This document shows positions 20,573 through 31,397 of a DNA stretch of 64,000 bases, in pieces (within the stretch, counting starts at the first letter, position 1; each line of letters begins with the position of its first letter). The translations under genes and the position numbers were made by a program. This DNA comes from Candidatus Dormiibacterota bacterium (lineage in GTDB: Bacteria; Chloroflexota; Dormibacteria; Aeolococcales; Aeolococcaceae). The stretch is taken from positions 2,432,001 through 2,496,000 of the forward strand of contig OY970355.1 in assembly GCA_963718525.1 (NCBI GenBank). Direction: 5' to 3'. The notes under the pieces were generated by a model, which worked only from the letters and a program-made list of their open reading frames with translations, did not search any database and was not told the origin of the DNA.

Positions 20573-21474
20573 GAGCGCTTCCTGCTCGCCGGGGCGACGG
20601 TGCCTGCCCAGGGATGAACCGCGAGCCCACGCACGCCCACGTCCGCGATGAAGAGCCGGCCCGAGTCGGGAAAGCGCGTGAGCTGCGCCTCAGACAGCTC
20701 GTCCGACGCCGTGGTGATCATGAGCAGGTCGAGGCCCGCGCCAACGAACGCGACGCTCGTGGTATTCGGCGCGGTCACGTCGACGACCGCTCGCTGCTCC
20801 CCGGCCGCGGAGTAGCAGCGAACCTCGCCGGCCCCCCACATGGCAATCCACAGGTTGCCCTCCGAATCTGCGCACAGGCCGTCCGGCGTGCCGTCGAGGC
20901 GGAGAAATTCGCGGCGGCGGCCGATCCCACCGTTCTGCGCCTCGTAATCGCGAATCCAGACAATCCCGGCCGTGGTGTCGACGCTGTAGAGCTGATCACC
21001 TGCCGGCGTGAATGCGAGGCCGTTGGAGAGCCCCAGGTCGTTGTCGATCACCAGGATCGTGCCGTCATCCTCGACGCGAACAAGGACCTCCTGCCGGAGA
21101 CGATCGTGAAGCGCAAGGCTGCCGACCAGGAAACGCCCGGCGGGATCGCATGTTCCGTCGTTGAGGCGGCTGGCCCGGTCGCCGGCGAGGATCTGCGCGC
21201 CGCTGCTCACGAGGCCCTCCGGCGAGACCGTGTGGAGCTCGCGCGCGCCGGCGACGAGGAGCTCGCCATGCACCGAGCTCACCACGGCGCCCACCGTGCC
21301 GGCGAACGCCAGCACCGACTGGTGGACGACCCTCGGCCCGGCGAGCCTGCCGCTGTGCACCTCGCCTGCGTTGATATCGACCCAGAGCACCCTGTCCCGT
21401 TCGGCGTCCCAGAGCGGTCCCTCGCCAAGGCTGTAGCGGTCGTCGGAGGCCGGGATCGCGCGAAATCGATTCAC
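20569..21474 (-). CDS. SMP-30/gluconolactonase family protein
   Basis: LGEGPLWD, RLNDG, SNGLAF, PDGLCAD. Confidence 0.92.
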   Translation of the reverse strand: MNRFRAIPASDDRYSLGEGPLWDAERDRVLWVDINAGEVHSGRLAGPRVVHQSVLAFAGTVGAVVSSVHGELLVAGARELHTVSPEGLVSSGAQILAGDRASRLNDGTCDPAGRFLVGSLALHDRLRQEVLVRVEDDGTILVIDNDLGLSNGLAFTPAGDQLYSVDTTAGIVWIRDYEAQNGGIGRRREFLRLDGTPDGLCADSEGNLWIAMWGAGEVRCYSAAGEQRAVVDVTAPNTTSVAFVGAGLDLLMITTASDELSEAQLTRFPDSGRLFIADVGVRGLAVHPWAGTVAPASRKRS

Positions 21475-21581
21475 GAGATGACCCGTGTGCGCCGGTCGGA
21501 GCGACGCCATGCCATCAGCGCTCGACAATATAGGGCCTCGTTCGAGGCCAAGGTTCGACGAAGTCGAAAAGGTGGGCAGCT

Positions 21582-23297
21582 GTGGCAGAGCAACGGAGCG
21601 CGCAGTGGTACGGGGGCACCGACCGCAACGCGTACATCCACCGGGCATGGATGCGTCGCGGTCTTCCTGCCCACGCCTTCGACGGCCGCCCGCACATCGC
21701 GATCGCCAACACGGCGTCCGACCTGACCCCCTGCAACGCGCACCTCAACGAGGTCGCCGAGAGCGTCAAGCACGGCGTCTTCGAGGCAGGCGGCATCCCG
21801 TTGAACCTGCCGGTGGTCTCCCTCGGGGAGACGCTGGTCCGGCCCACCGCGATGCTCTGGCGAAACATGGCGGCGATGGCCATCGAGGAGATGCTTCGCG
21901 CCAACCCGATCGACGGCGTGGTCCTGCTCGGCGGCTGCGACAAGACCATCCCCGCGCTCCTGATGGCCGCGGCGTCGGTCGATCTGCCCGCGGTGGTCAT
22001 CCCCGGCGGCCCGATGCTGACCGGCACGTTCCGCGGCCGGCCACTCGGCTGCGGCACCGATGTCTGGCGGCTGTCGGAAGAGGTCCGGGCGGGCACGCTG
22101 TCCGAAGCCGAGTTCATCGAGTCCGAGTCCTCGATGATTCGCAGCCGCGGCCACTGCAACACCATGGGCACGGCTTCCACCATGGGACTGCTCGCTGAGA
22201 CGCTCGGGATGGTGTTGCCGGGCCTCGCGGGCATCCCCGCAGCAGACAGCCGCCTGCTCGAACACTCCCATGACACCGGCCGCCTCGCCGTCGAGATGGT
22301 GGCTGCGCGACGAACCCCGTCGAGCCTGCTCACTCGCGGTTCGTTCCTCAATGCCATCGTCGCGCTCGCGGCGATCGGCGGATCGACCAACGCCGTGGTC
22401 CACCTGCTTGCCATCGCGGGGCGCCTCGGCATCGACCTCACCCAGGACGACTTCGATACCGCCGGATCCGACGTCCCGCTGCTCGTCGACCTCCAGCCTT
22501 CGGGGCGCTTCCTGATGGAGGACTTCTTCCGCGCCGGTGGGCTCCGCGCCGTGCTCCGCGAGGTCGAGGATCTGCTCGATCCGCAGGCCCTGACGGTCAC
22601 GGGCACACCGCTCGTCGACGGTCTTGGATCTGCCGAGATCTGGGATCCCGCGGTCATCCATCGGCGAGACGATCCGCTGGAAGCCCACGCCGGCATCGCG
22701 GTTTTGCATGGCAATCTCGCCCCCGACGGTGCGGTGATCAAGCCCGCGGCGGCATCGCCACGTCTGTTGCGCCATCGCGGGCGAGCCGTGGTGTTCTCCT
22801 CGATCGAGGACATGCACGCACGCATCGACGACCCTGACCTGGACGTCGATGCGAATAGCGTCCTGATCATGCGTGGCTGCGGCCCCAGGGGCTATCCAGG
22901 AATGCCGGAGGTGGCCAACATGCCCCTGCCGGCCAAACTCCTGCGCCAGGGCGTGCGCGATATGGTTCGTGTCTGTGACGGCCGAATGAGTGGGACCGCG
23001 TATGGCACCGTGGTGCTCCATGTCGCACCCGAGGCGGCTGCCGGCGGTCCGCTCGCGCTGGTGCGAACCGGGGACTTCGTGATCCTCGATGTCGCTGCCC
23101 GGCAACTCGATATCGATATTCCGGCGGAGGAACTGGCTTCACGGTCCCCGGATCCAGCGACCGTCAGTGCCTACGCGCAACCAACACGTGGCTGGGAGCG
23201 GCTCTATGTTGAGACCGTTCAGCAGGCCAACACCGGAGCGGACCTCGACTTCCTGGTCGGATCCAGCGGCGACAGAGTCTCACGCGAATCCCACTGA
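21582..23297 (+). CDS. IlvD/Edd family sugar-acid dehydratase (L-arabinonate dehydratase-like)
   Basis: TPCNAH, GCDKT, CNTMGTASTM, GGSTNA, DGRMSGT, C-terminal ..ESH. Confidence 0.93.
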   Translation: MAEQRSAQWYGGTDRNAYIHRAWMRRGLPAHAFDGRPHIAIANTASDLTPCNAHLNEVAESVKHGVFEAGGIPLNLPVVSLGETLVRPTAMLWRNMAAMAIEEMLRANPIDGVVLLGGCDKTIPALLMAAASVDLPAVVIPGGPMLTGTFRGRPLGCGTDVWRLSEEVRAGTLSEAEFIESESSMIRSRGHCNTMGTASTMGLLAETLGMVLPGLAGIPAADSRLLEHSHDTGRLAVEMVAARRTPSSLLTRGSFLNAIVALAAIGGSTNAVVHLLAIAGRLGIDLTQDDFDTAGSDVPLLVDLQPSGRFLMEDFFRAGGLRAVLREVEDLLDPQALTVTGTPLVDGLGSAEIWDPAVIHRRDDPLEAHAGIAVLHGNLAPDGAVIKPAAASPRLLRHRGRAVVFSSIEDMHARIDDPDLDVDANSVLIMRGCGPRGYPGMPEVANMPLPAKLLRQGVRDMVRVCDGRMSGTAYGTVVLHVAPEAAAGGPLALVRTGDFVILDVAARQLDIDIPAEELASRSPDPATVSAYAQPTRGWERLYVETVQQANTGADLDFLVGSSGDRVSRESH

Positions 23298-23316
23298 TCA
23301 GAGGAACAAGAACGCA

Positions 23317-24324
23317 ATGCCAGAACCCATTGCCCATGGACGTCCGATTCGCTGGGGAATCCTCGGCGCCGGCGGCATCGCCGACACGGTGAGCGGCGAC
23401 ATCAACCTGACCGAAGGCAACGTCGTCACCGCTGTTGGCGCCCGTCATGCCGATCGTGCCGCGCGCTTCGCAGCCAAGCACGGTGCGACTCGGAGCTACG
23501 GCGATTACCACTCGCTCGTCAACGATGACGAGGTCGATGTGGTGTATGTCACCACGACGCACCCGCACCACCGTGCGCACGCGCTGATGGCGATCAAGGC
23601 AGGCAAGGCGGTGCTCATCGAGAAGCCCGTCTGTCTCAACGCTCGCGATGCGCGCGAGGTCTTCGCCGCGGCGATACAGGCCGATGTGTTCTCGATGGAA
23701 GCCATGTGGACGCGGACCAACCCGCTGATCCGCAAGGCGCAGCAGCTGATCGCCGACGGCGCCATCGGCGAGGTGCGCGGGGTTCGAAATGAGTTCGGTC
23801 TCGGAAGGGCCTTCGACCCCATGGACCGGCTCTACGAGCTTGCCAACGGCGGCGGGGCGCTTCTCGATCTCGGGGTGTACCCGGCCACGTTCGCTTACCT
23901 GTTCCTCGGGCCGCCGGACACCGTCCACGCCGTGGGCACGCTCTCCCCCACCGGATCCGACGAGACGGTCGCCATGCAATGGATGTATGGCGATCATCCC
24001 GGTGCCCAGCTCTGGACGTCGGCGCTCATCCACGCTCCCAACGAAGCGGCCATTCTTGGCACAAAGGGCTGGATGTCATTCCTGCCCGAGGCGTACCGCC
24101 CCACCGGTCTCATCCTCCACAACGAGGCGGGCGAAGACCACACGCCCGACCCGCTCGCCGGCAACGGTCATGGCTACCAACCCGAGATCGAAGAGGTTGA
24201 GCGCTGCCTGCGAGCGGGAGTCCTGGAAAGCCCATTGATCCCGCACGCCGACACCATCGCGATCCTCGAAATTCTCGATGGCGCCCGGGCCGCGGTCGGC
24301 GTCGTCTATCCGGGCGAGCGATGA
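23317..24324 (+). CDS. Gfo/Idh/MocA oxidoreductase
   Basis: WGILGAGGIA, IEKP, MEAMW, GGGALLDLGVY. Confidence 0.92.
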   Translation: MPEPIAHGRPIRWGILGAGGIADTVSGDINLTEGNVVTAVGARHADRAARFAAKHGATRSYGDYHSLVNDDEVDVVYVTTTHPHHRAHALMAIKAGKAVLIEKPVCLNARDAREVFAAAIQADVFSMEAMWTRTNPLIRKAQQLIADGAIGEVRGVRNEFGLGRAFDPMDRLYELANGGGALLDLGVYPATFAYLFLGPPDTVHAVGTLSPTGSDETVAMQWMYGDHPGAQLWTSALIHAPNEAAILGTKGWMSFLPEAYRPTGLILHNEAGEDHTPDPLAGNGHGYQPEIEEVERCLRAGVLESPLIPHADTIAILEILDGARAAVGVVYPGER

Positions 24325-25403
24325 TCGTCGAGTCCGCGACCCCGCCGCCCGTTCACGTCGACAGCGGTCCGATGCGCCCCGTACGGTTCGGCATGGTCGG
24401 TTACGGGTTTGGCGGCCGGTACTTCCATACCCCGCTGATCGTCGCGGCCCCCGAGTGCGATCTCATCGGAGTTATGACGTCGTCACCGGAACGCCAGGCG
24501 CTGGTTGCTCGTGAAGTGCCGGGCGCACGCACCTACGGATCGCTCGCCGAGCTCGTCGATGCCGGTGTCGAGGCTGTGGCCATCTCGACGCCGGCCGACA
24601 CCCACTCCAGCGTCACCGAGGAGGCGCTCAACCTCGGTCTCGCCGTCGTGTGCGACAAACCGTTTGCGCTCAATCCGGACGCCGCGCGGCACACCGTCGC
24701 ACTGGCAGACGAGCGCGGCCGGGTGTTGAGCCCATATCAGAACCGACGCTGGGATTCGGATTTCCGCACCGTTCGCAAGCTCGTTGCGGAGGGGGCACTC
24801 GGCACGGTGACACGGCTGGAGTTGCGGTTCGAACGCTGGGCTCCGGAGCGGGGACCAGGCCGCTCCGGCGGCGGCACCCTGCTCGACTTCGGAAGTCACC
24901 TCATGGACCAGGCGCTGGTCCTGCTCGGTCCAGCGGCCTCGGTGTACGCGGAATGGCGCATCCGCGAGTCCGGTCTCGAGGACGACGTCTTCGTTGCGGT
25001 GACGCATGCGAGCGGTGCCCGCTCGCAGCTCTGGGGAAGCTGGACCCAATCTGCGCCGGGTCCTCGATATCGAGTCACCGGGACGGCGGCGACCTTCGTG
25101 CTCGGCCCTGCCGACACCCAGGAACTTCTCCTGCTCGCCGGCCAAACGCCCGCGACCCTGGGTGAGCGATGGGGCGTCGAGCCGCCCGAGAGCCACGGCA
25201 CCCTCCACACGGGCACGGCGTCCACTGGCTATGCAACCGAGCGGGGCAGGTGGGATCTGTTCTACCCGACCTTCGCGAGAGCCGTCCGGGGCCTGAACGC
25301 CCCGCCTGTAGATGCCCACGACGCCGTCGCCACCGCGACCGCGCTCGAGGCCGCGCGGGTCAGCGCGTCCACAGGTGCCGTGGTGCCCGTACCCCAGCCG
25401 TGA
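24321..25403 (+). CDS. Gfo/Idh/MocA oxidoreductase
   Basis: GYGFGG..FH, CDKPF, YQNRRWDSDF, LLDFGSH. Confidence 0.92.
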   Translation: MIVESATPPPVHVDSGPMRPVRFGMVGYGFGGRYFHTPLIVAAPECDLIGVMTSSPERQALVAREVPGARTYGSLAELVDAGVEAVAISTPADTHSSVTEEALNLGLAVVCDKPFALNPDAARHTVALADERGRVLSPYQNRRWDSDFRTVRKLVAEGALGTVTRLELRFERWAPERGPGRSGGGTLLDFGSHLMDQALVLLGPAASVYAEWRIRESGLEDDVFVAVTHASGARSQLWGSWTQSAPGPRYRVTGTAATFVLGPADTQELLLLAGQTPATLGERWGVEPPESHGTLHTGTASTGYATERGRWDLFYPTFARAVRGLNAPPVDAHDAVATATALEAARVSASTGAVVPVPQP

Positions 25404-25894
25404 ACGACGTCGACTCTCAGCAACTTGCGGCGCTGCTCGCGGAAGAGCAGCGCCTCGTCTTTTCCACCTTCGACCTGGACACCTCGTGGCAGCTCGGGTC
25501 CCTTCTCCGCGCCGAGGCGCTGCGGGCGGCACTCCCGATCGCGATGTCGATTCGGCGAAACGGTCAGTGCCTGTTCCATGCGGCACTCCCCGGATCCTCG
25601 GCCGACAACGACGGATGGCTGCTGCGCAAAGGCGCCGTCGTGGAGCGGTACGGCCACTCGTCGTACTTCGTCGGCTGCAAATTCCGCGCCGAGGGCCGCG
25701 ACTTCGACGTCGATTCGCGGCTGGACAATGCGTATTTCGCCGCCCACGGCGGAGCCTTTCCCATCCTCCTCGGGGCGAGCGGCTGCATCGGCACGGTCGC
25801 GGTATCAGGACTGCCGCAGCTCGAGGATCACCGTTTCGTGGTGACGCACCTCGAGCGATTTCTGGTCGACAGCGGACAGATCTCCGCTCGCTAG
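25400..25894 (+). CDS. heme-degrading domain (UPF0303) protein
   Basis: DNDGWLLRK, AHGGAFPI, VSGLPQLEDH. Confidence 0.85.
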   Translation: MNDVDSQQLAALLAEEQRLVFSTFDLDTSWQLGSLLRAEALRAALPIAMSIRRNGQCLFHAALPGSSADNDGWLLRKGAVVERYGHSSYFVGCKFRAEGRDFDVDSRLDNAYFAAHGGAFPILLGASGCIGTVAVSGLPQLEDHRFVVTHLERFLVDSGQISAR

Positions 25895-25902
25895 GATCCT
25901 GT

Positions 25903-28900
25903 TCAGGCGGGAATCGATCGCTCCTGGGGCGTCGCTGCCCGTCTGGCCGCTGCGGCGGCGCGCTCGACCCACGGAGCGGCGCGCAGCTGCTCGAATGTTG
26001 CGAGCGCGGGAGCGAGAAGTCCGCGCGCCTCAGCCTCGCGGCCTTGCTCAATCAGCGACTCGGCGTGCTCGAGACGAGTGACCGCAATCCAGAACGGCCG
26101 GCTCAGCAGGGCGAATGCTTCGCCCGCACTCCGAAACAGCGCATCCGCTGCGTCGTGGTCGTCGCGCTCCGTGGCCAGACGTGCTTCCCAGCGCGCCACG
26201 TGCGCATCGATGGACGGCTGCCGTCCTGGACCGACATTGGCCCGGAAGTACTCAATGATCTCCTCCACTTTGGCAAGATGGCCCAGAGCGAACGCCGCGT
26301 CGACCGCTTCGATCAAGGCCAGGCGGAACGTCGCGAGATCGCGGACGAGGCTGCTCTTGAGCACCCGCTCGGCAAGCGCCAGTGCGGCCGCGTGATCGCC
26401 GTCAGCGTTCATCACCGCCGCCTGGGCACAATCCCGCAGGTCGAGAAGGTCCGGCCGAAGCTCCTTGCGAACGTACTGCGAGACGATCTGGTGGGCGGTG
26501 GCGGGGTCACCGCGTCTCGCGTACAGCCAGACGGATCCGACGACCAACTCGCTCAGATCCCAGTCGACCCCCAGTTCGGGCATCTCCACCTCGATGTACT
26601 GACGATGGATCGCCTCCGCCTCATCCCAGCGGCCGAGCTCGATGAGCCCCGCGATCCGATTCAACCGCGAGCCCACCAGCGCAAGTCGGTCGCCGAGCCG
26701 CTGCTGGAGCTCCTCCGATTGCTCGTAGGCCGTGAGTGAGCGCTCCACCAGGTCGACTTCCTCAAGGACCGTCGCGAGGCTCATGTATCCATACGCGGCC
26801 CGGTCGATCACGTCGTGGTCGACCGCGACCTTGAGCGCCATGGTGATCAGCGCTTCCCCCTCCACGCGCCGCCCGAGCGTGACGAAGATTCCGCCTTTGG
26901 TATCCAGCCCTGACACCAGCACGCTCCAGAGTTGCCCACGCTCCGCCAGCCTGAGGCAGCGTTCGACGTGCTCGAGTGCGCCCTCGGGATCGAGAGCGAA
27001 GAGGAGGCTGCGCGCCAGACGCATCTCGAATTGCGCCGTCAGAGCAGTGGTCTCCTCGTCGGCCGGAGCACCGGCCAGCAGGGTGAGGGCTTCGTCGAAG
27101 TGTTGGCGAGAGAGGTCGCGCTGTCCTAAACGGACTTCGACGGAAGCGAGCTCACCCAGCGCCTCGGCTTGGCGCAGCGTCTGTCCGGCTGCAAGGTACA
27201 GATCACGGGCAGTCTCGAGGTGGATTCGCGCCCGTTCTCGCTGGCCGAGGAGCCTGGCCGCCACCCCAGCCTGCAGGTGGAGATCCGCGCGAGACTCGTC
27301 GTCCGCCAGTTCCAGCGCGCGCTCGTAGTAGCGGCAGGCGGACTCGGGAGCGCCGAGCGAGTTGGCGTGCGCGGCAGCTCGGCCCAGCGCCTGTCGCGCG
27401 CGGGCGCCGATCTCCGTGGCATCGGGCGCGTTCGGATCGGCCTCGTACGCTTCCAGCAAGTGGGAGGCGACGACCTCCGCGATGTCGTCCTCGTCACCCC
27501 AGGAGCTGGTCATGTAGTCGGCGACGGCGAGGTGCCGCAGCTTGCGTTCGCGACGCGCCAGGGTCCCGTAGGCGACCGTGCGGACGAGGTCCTGGACGAA
27601 GATGTATTGACCTCGTTCCGGCGAACGCGGATCCGACTGGATCGCCAAGAGGTCCTTGCCTGCGAGCGCGCGAAGTCGCGGTTCAACCTCTTCGGCGGGC
27701 AGCCCGATGATTGCCGCAAGCGCAGCAGGGGTGAAGGATTTGCCGAGAACCGCCGCGTCCTGAACGAGCTGACGTTCGCCAATGCTCAAGCTGTCCAGCC
27801 GCGCCGCGATCAGTGCATGCAGGCTCTCGGGCACTTCGAGCTCCTGCAACGGTCCGACGGCGCGGTAGACGCCATCCCGCTCAACCACCAGGCCGCGGTC
27901 GAGCAGCATCCGCACCGTCTCCATGGCGTAGAGCGGGATCCCGGCCGCGCGTTCCTTCACGCGGGTCGCAAGCTCGCGCGGCAAACCTGGGACGAGCCCC
28001 TCGAGCAACTCGGTCATGGCGTCATCCGACAGAGGTTCGAGGTAGAGCGACGTGAACGCTCGCTTACCGGTCCCCCATCCGGGACGGCGTTCGGCAAGCT
28101 CCGGCCGGGAGAGCGTCAGGACCAGGATCGGCGACGATCGCGACCAATCGAGCAGATAATCGATGAAGTCGAACAGACCGGGGTCCGCCCACTGCAGGTC
28201 TCCGAAGAGCAGGACGGTCAGCCCCTCGGTGGCAAGACGTTCGAAGAACACGCGCCAGGCCGCGTACAGGTCGCGGGGATCGCTCGACGCAAGCTCCTCG
28301 AGCCCAAGGAGGTGGGCCAGGCGGGGCACCACCCACTGACGCTCGGTTGCGTCAGGCAGGAAGCTCTGCACGCACGTGTGGAGCTTCTGGCGAGCGCTGT
28401 CGGCTGGTTCATTCTCGGCAATGCCGGCGCGCATTCGGACCATCTCCGCCAGCGCCGAATACGCGACGCCTTCGCCGTAGCTCAGGCAGCGGCCGCGATG
28501 CCACCAGATGCCCTCGCTGAGCCCATCCACGTATTTCTCGAATTCCCATGCGAGCCGTGACTTGCCGACCCCGCCGACGCCGACGATCGACAGCAATCGG
28601 GCCTTGCCCTCCTCCGAGGTCGCATGCAGGAGCTCCTTGAGCACGCGGAGTTCGCGGTCGCGTCCGACGAATGGCGCCTCGAGCCCGGTCGGCCGGAGTG
28701 CGCCCCCTCTCGCGGCAACCACGCCCGTGGCGCGCCAAAGCCGTACCGGCTCGGGTTTGCCCTTGAGCTCGTGCTGCCCCGCGTCCTCGTAGCCGATGGC
28801 TGCTGTCGTCGCTCGCCAGGTGGCTTCGCCGACGAGGACGGTGCCCGGCAGCGCGGCACTCTGGACTCGCGATGCCATATTGACCATGTCGCCGGCGACC

Positions 28901-29484
28901 ATCCCTTCGCCGGTGACGCCGAGATTCACGGCTGCTTCGCCGGTCAGCACTCCCGCTCGGGCCTGCAGACCCGGGACGCCGACAGTCTCGCCGAATGCAC
29001 TCACCGCATCGACCAGCTCCAGCGCCGCGCGAACCGCGCGCTCGGCGTCGTCCTCCTGGGAGACGGGAACTCCCCAGACGGCCATCACGGCATCCCCGAT
29101 GAATTTCTCGATCGCGCCGCCATAGCGGCCGATGACGGTGCGTGCGGTGGCGAAGTACTGGCTCAGCAGCTCACGCACGTCCTCGGCGTCCCGCTGCCCC
29201 GACAGGACCGAGAATCCGACGAGGTCGGCGAACAGGACGCTGACGTGGCGGCGCTCCGAAGAAGGGAGCGCTGCGTCGGCCGGCCGCATCTGCTGAGCCG
29301 GGGTCGTCTGGGACCGGGTCTGTTCCCCGCTACCCGCACGCAGGTCCGAGCCACACTCTCCGCAGAATGAGTCGGCGGCACCGACCGAGCGTCCGCAGGA
29401 TGGGCAGGCTCTCGCGAGCGGGCTGCCGCAGTTGATGCAGAACCGCTTAGCCTGATTCTCGACCCCGCAGCTTGGGCAGATCAC
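25903..29484 (-). CDS. adenylate/guanylate cyclase with double zinc ribbon, AAA ATPase and TPR-like domains
   Basis: CPSCG..CINCG, LFADLVGF, KFIGDAVMA, GVGGVGKSRL. Confidence 0.92.
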   Translation of the reverse strand: MICPSCGVENQAKRFCINCGSPLARACPSCGRSVGAADSFCGECGSDLRAGSGEQTRSQTTPAQQMRPADAALPSSERRHVSVLFADLVGFSVLSGQRDAEDVRELLSQYFATARTVIGRYGGAIEKFIGDAVMAVWGVPVSQEDDAERAVRAALELVDAVSAFGETVGVPGLQARAGVLTGEAAVNLGVTGEGMVAGDMVNMASRVQSAALPGTVLVGEATWRATTAAIGYEDAGQHELKGKPEPVRLWRATGVVAARGGALRPTGLEAPFVGRDRELRVLKELLHATSEEGKARLLSIVGVGGVGKSRLAWEFEKYVDGLSEGIWWHRGRCLSYGEGVAYSALAEMVRMRAGIAENEPADSARQKLHTCVQSFLPDATERQWVVPRLAHLLGLEELASSDPRDLYAAWRVFFERLATEGLTVLLFGDLQWADPGLFDFIDYLLDWSRSSPILVLTLSRPELAERRPGWGTGKRAFTSLYLEPLSDDAMTELLEGLVPGLPRELATRVKERAAGIPLYAMETVRMLLDRGLVVERDGVYRAVGPLQELEVPESLHALIAARLDSLSIGERQLVQDAAVLGKSFTPAALAAIIGLPAEEVEPRLRALAGKDLLAIQSDPRSPERGQYIFVQDLVRTVAYGTLARRERKLRHLAVADYMTSSWGDEDDIAEVVASHLLEAYEADPNAPDATEIGARARQALGRAAAHANSLGAPESACRYYERALELADDESRADLHLQAGVAARLLGQRERARIHLETARDLYLAAGQTLRQAEALGELASVEVRLGQRDLSRQHFDEALTLLAGAPADEETTALTAQFEMRLARSLLFALDPEGALEHVERCLRLAERGQLWSVLVSGLDTKGGIFVTLGRRVEGEALITMALKVAVDHDVIDRAAYGYMSLATVLEEVDLVERSLTAYEQSEELQQRLGDRLALVGSRLNRIAGLIELGRWDEAEAIHRQYIEVEMPELGVDWDLSELVVGSVWLYARRGDPATAHQIVSQYVRKELRPDLLDLRDCAQAAVMNADGDHAAALALAERVLKSSLVRDLATFRLALIEAVDAAFALGHLAKVEEIIEYFRANVGPGRQPSIDAHVARWEARLATERDDHDAADALFRSAGEAFALLSRPFWIAVTRLEHAESLIEQGREAEARGLLAPALATFEQLRAAPWVERAAAAARRAATPQERSIPA

Positions 29485-29671
29485 ATCGCAAGCGTACGTG
29501 GCGGCCCCGCAGACTGTCATCCCGATCGACGCCATCAGAGTCCGTCTGAGCTACTCCGACATGGCTCCTAACGGCTGCGGTGACTCAGCTTCACGAATGG
29601 CCGACGATCAAAGACGAGTCTCACCGAGCACGCGACGCACTGGGTTGCGCCCCACGATGCACCCTGTCAGA

Positions 29672-30094
29672 TCAATTGCGCGCTGGCAGGACGAGCACTG
29701 GGCACGGTGCGAGCCGCGGCATCCTCTGCCCGACGCTGTCCGTAACGAGACCGACCAGGCGGCCGTGCCGGCTGGCGCCGGTCACGATCAGGTCTGCCCG
29801 GCATTCCCTCGCGACCTCCGCAAGTGCCGGCGCAGTCTCACCGTATGTGGTCTGGACCTTGAGCTCAGCGTCCACGCCCGCCAGCTTCAGATCGGCGACC
29901 TGATGACGTACCTTCGTCTGCAGCACGTCCTCGTCGGCGGCGACTGGAAAAATGCCGCCGCGCACGGCCATCATCTTGTTGATGTGTGCGACCACAATTC
30001 TGGTACGCCCGTCTCGCGCCAGAGACCGGGCTACGGCCACCACCCGATCGGCCGAATCAGATCCGTCCGAAGCCACCAGAATTGTTGTAAACAT
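29672..30094 (-). CDS. universal stress protein
   Basis: ILVASDGS, ADLIVTG, PCPVLV. Confidence 0.88.
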   Translation of the reverse strand: MFTTILVASDGSDSADRVVAVARSLARDGRTRIVVAHINKMMAVRGGIFPVAADEDVLQTKVRHQVADLKLAGVDAELKVQTTYGETAPALAEVARECRADLIVTGASRHGRLVGLVTDSVGQRMPRLAPCPVLVLPARN

Positions 30095-30205
30095 CGAGCC
30101 TCACCGTGTAGCGCGGGTTGTTCCGTATGCCAAATGTAGGCGCCGCATCATCAACATCGCATCAACGATTCAGGCTGAAGAAGGACGACGTGTGCCGGTG
30201 ACGTC

Positions 30206-30904
30206 ATGATCATCGACGATATTCGGCGGGTCGACTACGGGTATTTCATCCGGCCTGCGTCGGAAACCGGGACCGGCGAAGCGCGTGTCGAGTCGCTCCT
30301 CGGGTACCTGATTGCGCATCCTGAAGGTTCAGTGTTGTTCGACACCGGCCTCGGTGTTGCCGATGCCGAGACCGAGGCGCACTATCGCCCGCGCAGGCGT
30401 CCTCTCGATGTCGCGCTCCGCAGCGCCGGCACTGCCGTGAATGACGTGCGCTGGATCGTCAACTGCCACCTGCATTTCGACCACTGCGGCGGCAACCCGG
30501 CGTTCGCTGGCTGTCCTATCGTGGTGCAGTCAGCGGAGCTGGCCAGCGCACATGAGCCCGGATATACCGTGCCCGAGGTGGTGGACTTCGGTGGTGCCAA
30601 TTACCAGGTGATCGATGGCGAGCTCGAACTGCTCCACGGGGTGTGGGTGCTCCCGACTCCCGGGCACACCGCAGGTCACCAATCCGTAGCTGTCAGCTGC
30701 GACGACGGCACCGTCGTGCTGGCAGGTCAAGCGCATGACACGGCATCGGAATTTGCGGCTGATTTGCGTGCTGCGGTGGTGCATCAAGCGAGCGCCGACG
30801 CATTGGTCCCGCCGTACAGTGCGTGGATGGACCGAGTGCTGCAATTCGACCCGCGACGCATCGTCTTGGCGCACGATATCTCGGTGGTCGAGCCACTTCG
30901 GTAG
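30206..30904 (+). CDS. MBL-fold hydrolase (AHL lactonase family)
   Basis: HLHFDHCGGN, TPGHTAGHQS. Confidence 0.88.
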   Translation: MIIDDIRRVDYGYFIRPASETGTGEARVESLLGYLIAHPEGSVLFDTGLGVADAETEAHYRPRRRPLDVALRSAGTAVNDVRWIVNCHLHFDHCGGNPAFAGCPIVVQSAELASAHEPGYTVPEVVDFGGANYQVIDGELELLHGVWVLPTPGHTAGHQSVAVSCDDGTVVLAGQAHDTASEFAADLRAAVVHQASADALVPPYSAWMDRVLQFDPRRIVLAHDISVVEPLR

Positions 30905-30922
30905 GCGCCTCTAGCGCCCTCG

Positions 30923-31082
30923 TCAGGGCGGCGGCTCCACCACGGCAATCCCGTCGGTGATATGGATGCGCCACCCTTCCTCGTGCACCGCACGGTGGTG
31001 CGGCCGGCACAGCGGGACCAGATTCTCAACTCGGTGCGACCACCGTCCGGCCAGTGGATGATGTGGTGCCCGTCAATCCACA
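30923..31082 (-). pseudogene. HNH endonuclease C-terminal fragment (DUF222-type)
   Basis: WIDGHHIIHWPDGGRTE, frameshift, ENLVPLCRPHHRAVHEEGWRI. Confidence 0.75.
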
Positions 31083-31397
31083 AATGTACGTTGATAACCA
31101 GTGACGCGTGAGATCAGGGCCGCGTACGGCAGGAGGTCCCCTCCCCGCACAAGCGAGCGACGAAGACATCTCGCAGCGCGGCCTGTTGAACGTCATTGGG
31201 AGGAAGCGGTAGTGCTGGCCGAGCTGCCGTGCTCCGCGTGGATGTCACCGATCCGGTGCCGGGGCTCACCTGAGCAGGCGGTCGGCCCGCGTCGCCATCG
31301 AATGGCACGCCGGCGCGGGGGTTGGGTGGGCGCCATCGCCCGGGCCAACCCTGACCGCGATCGGCCTGGGAGCCTGGGCGTCGGCCGCGAGGGCGTC

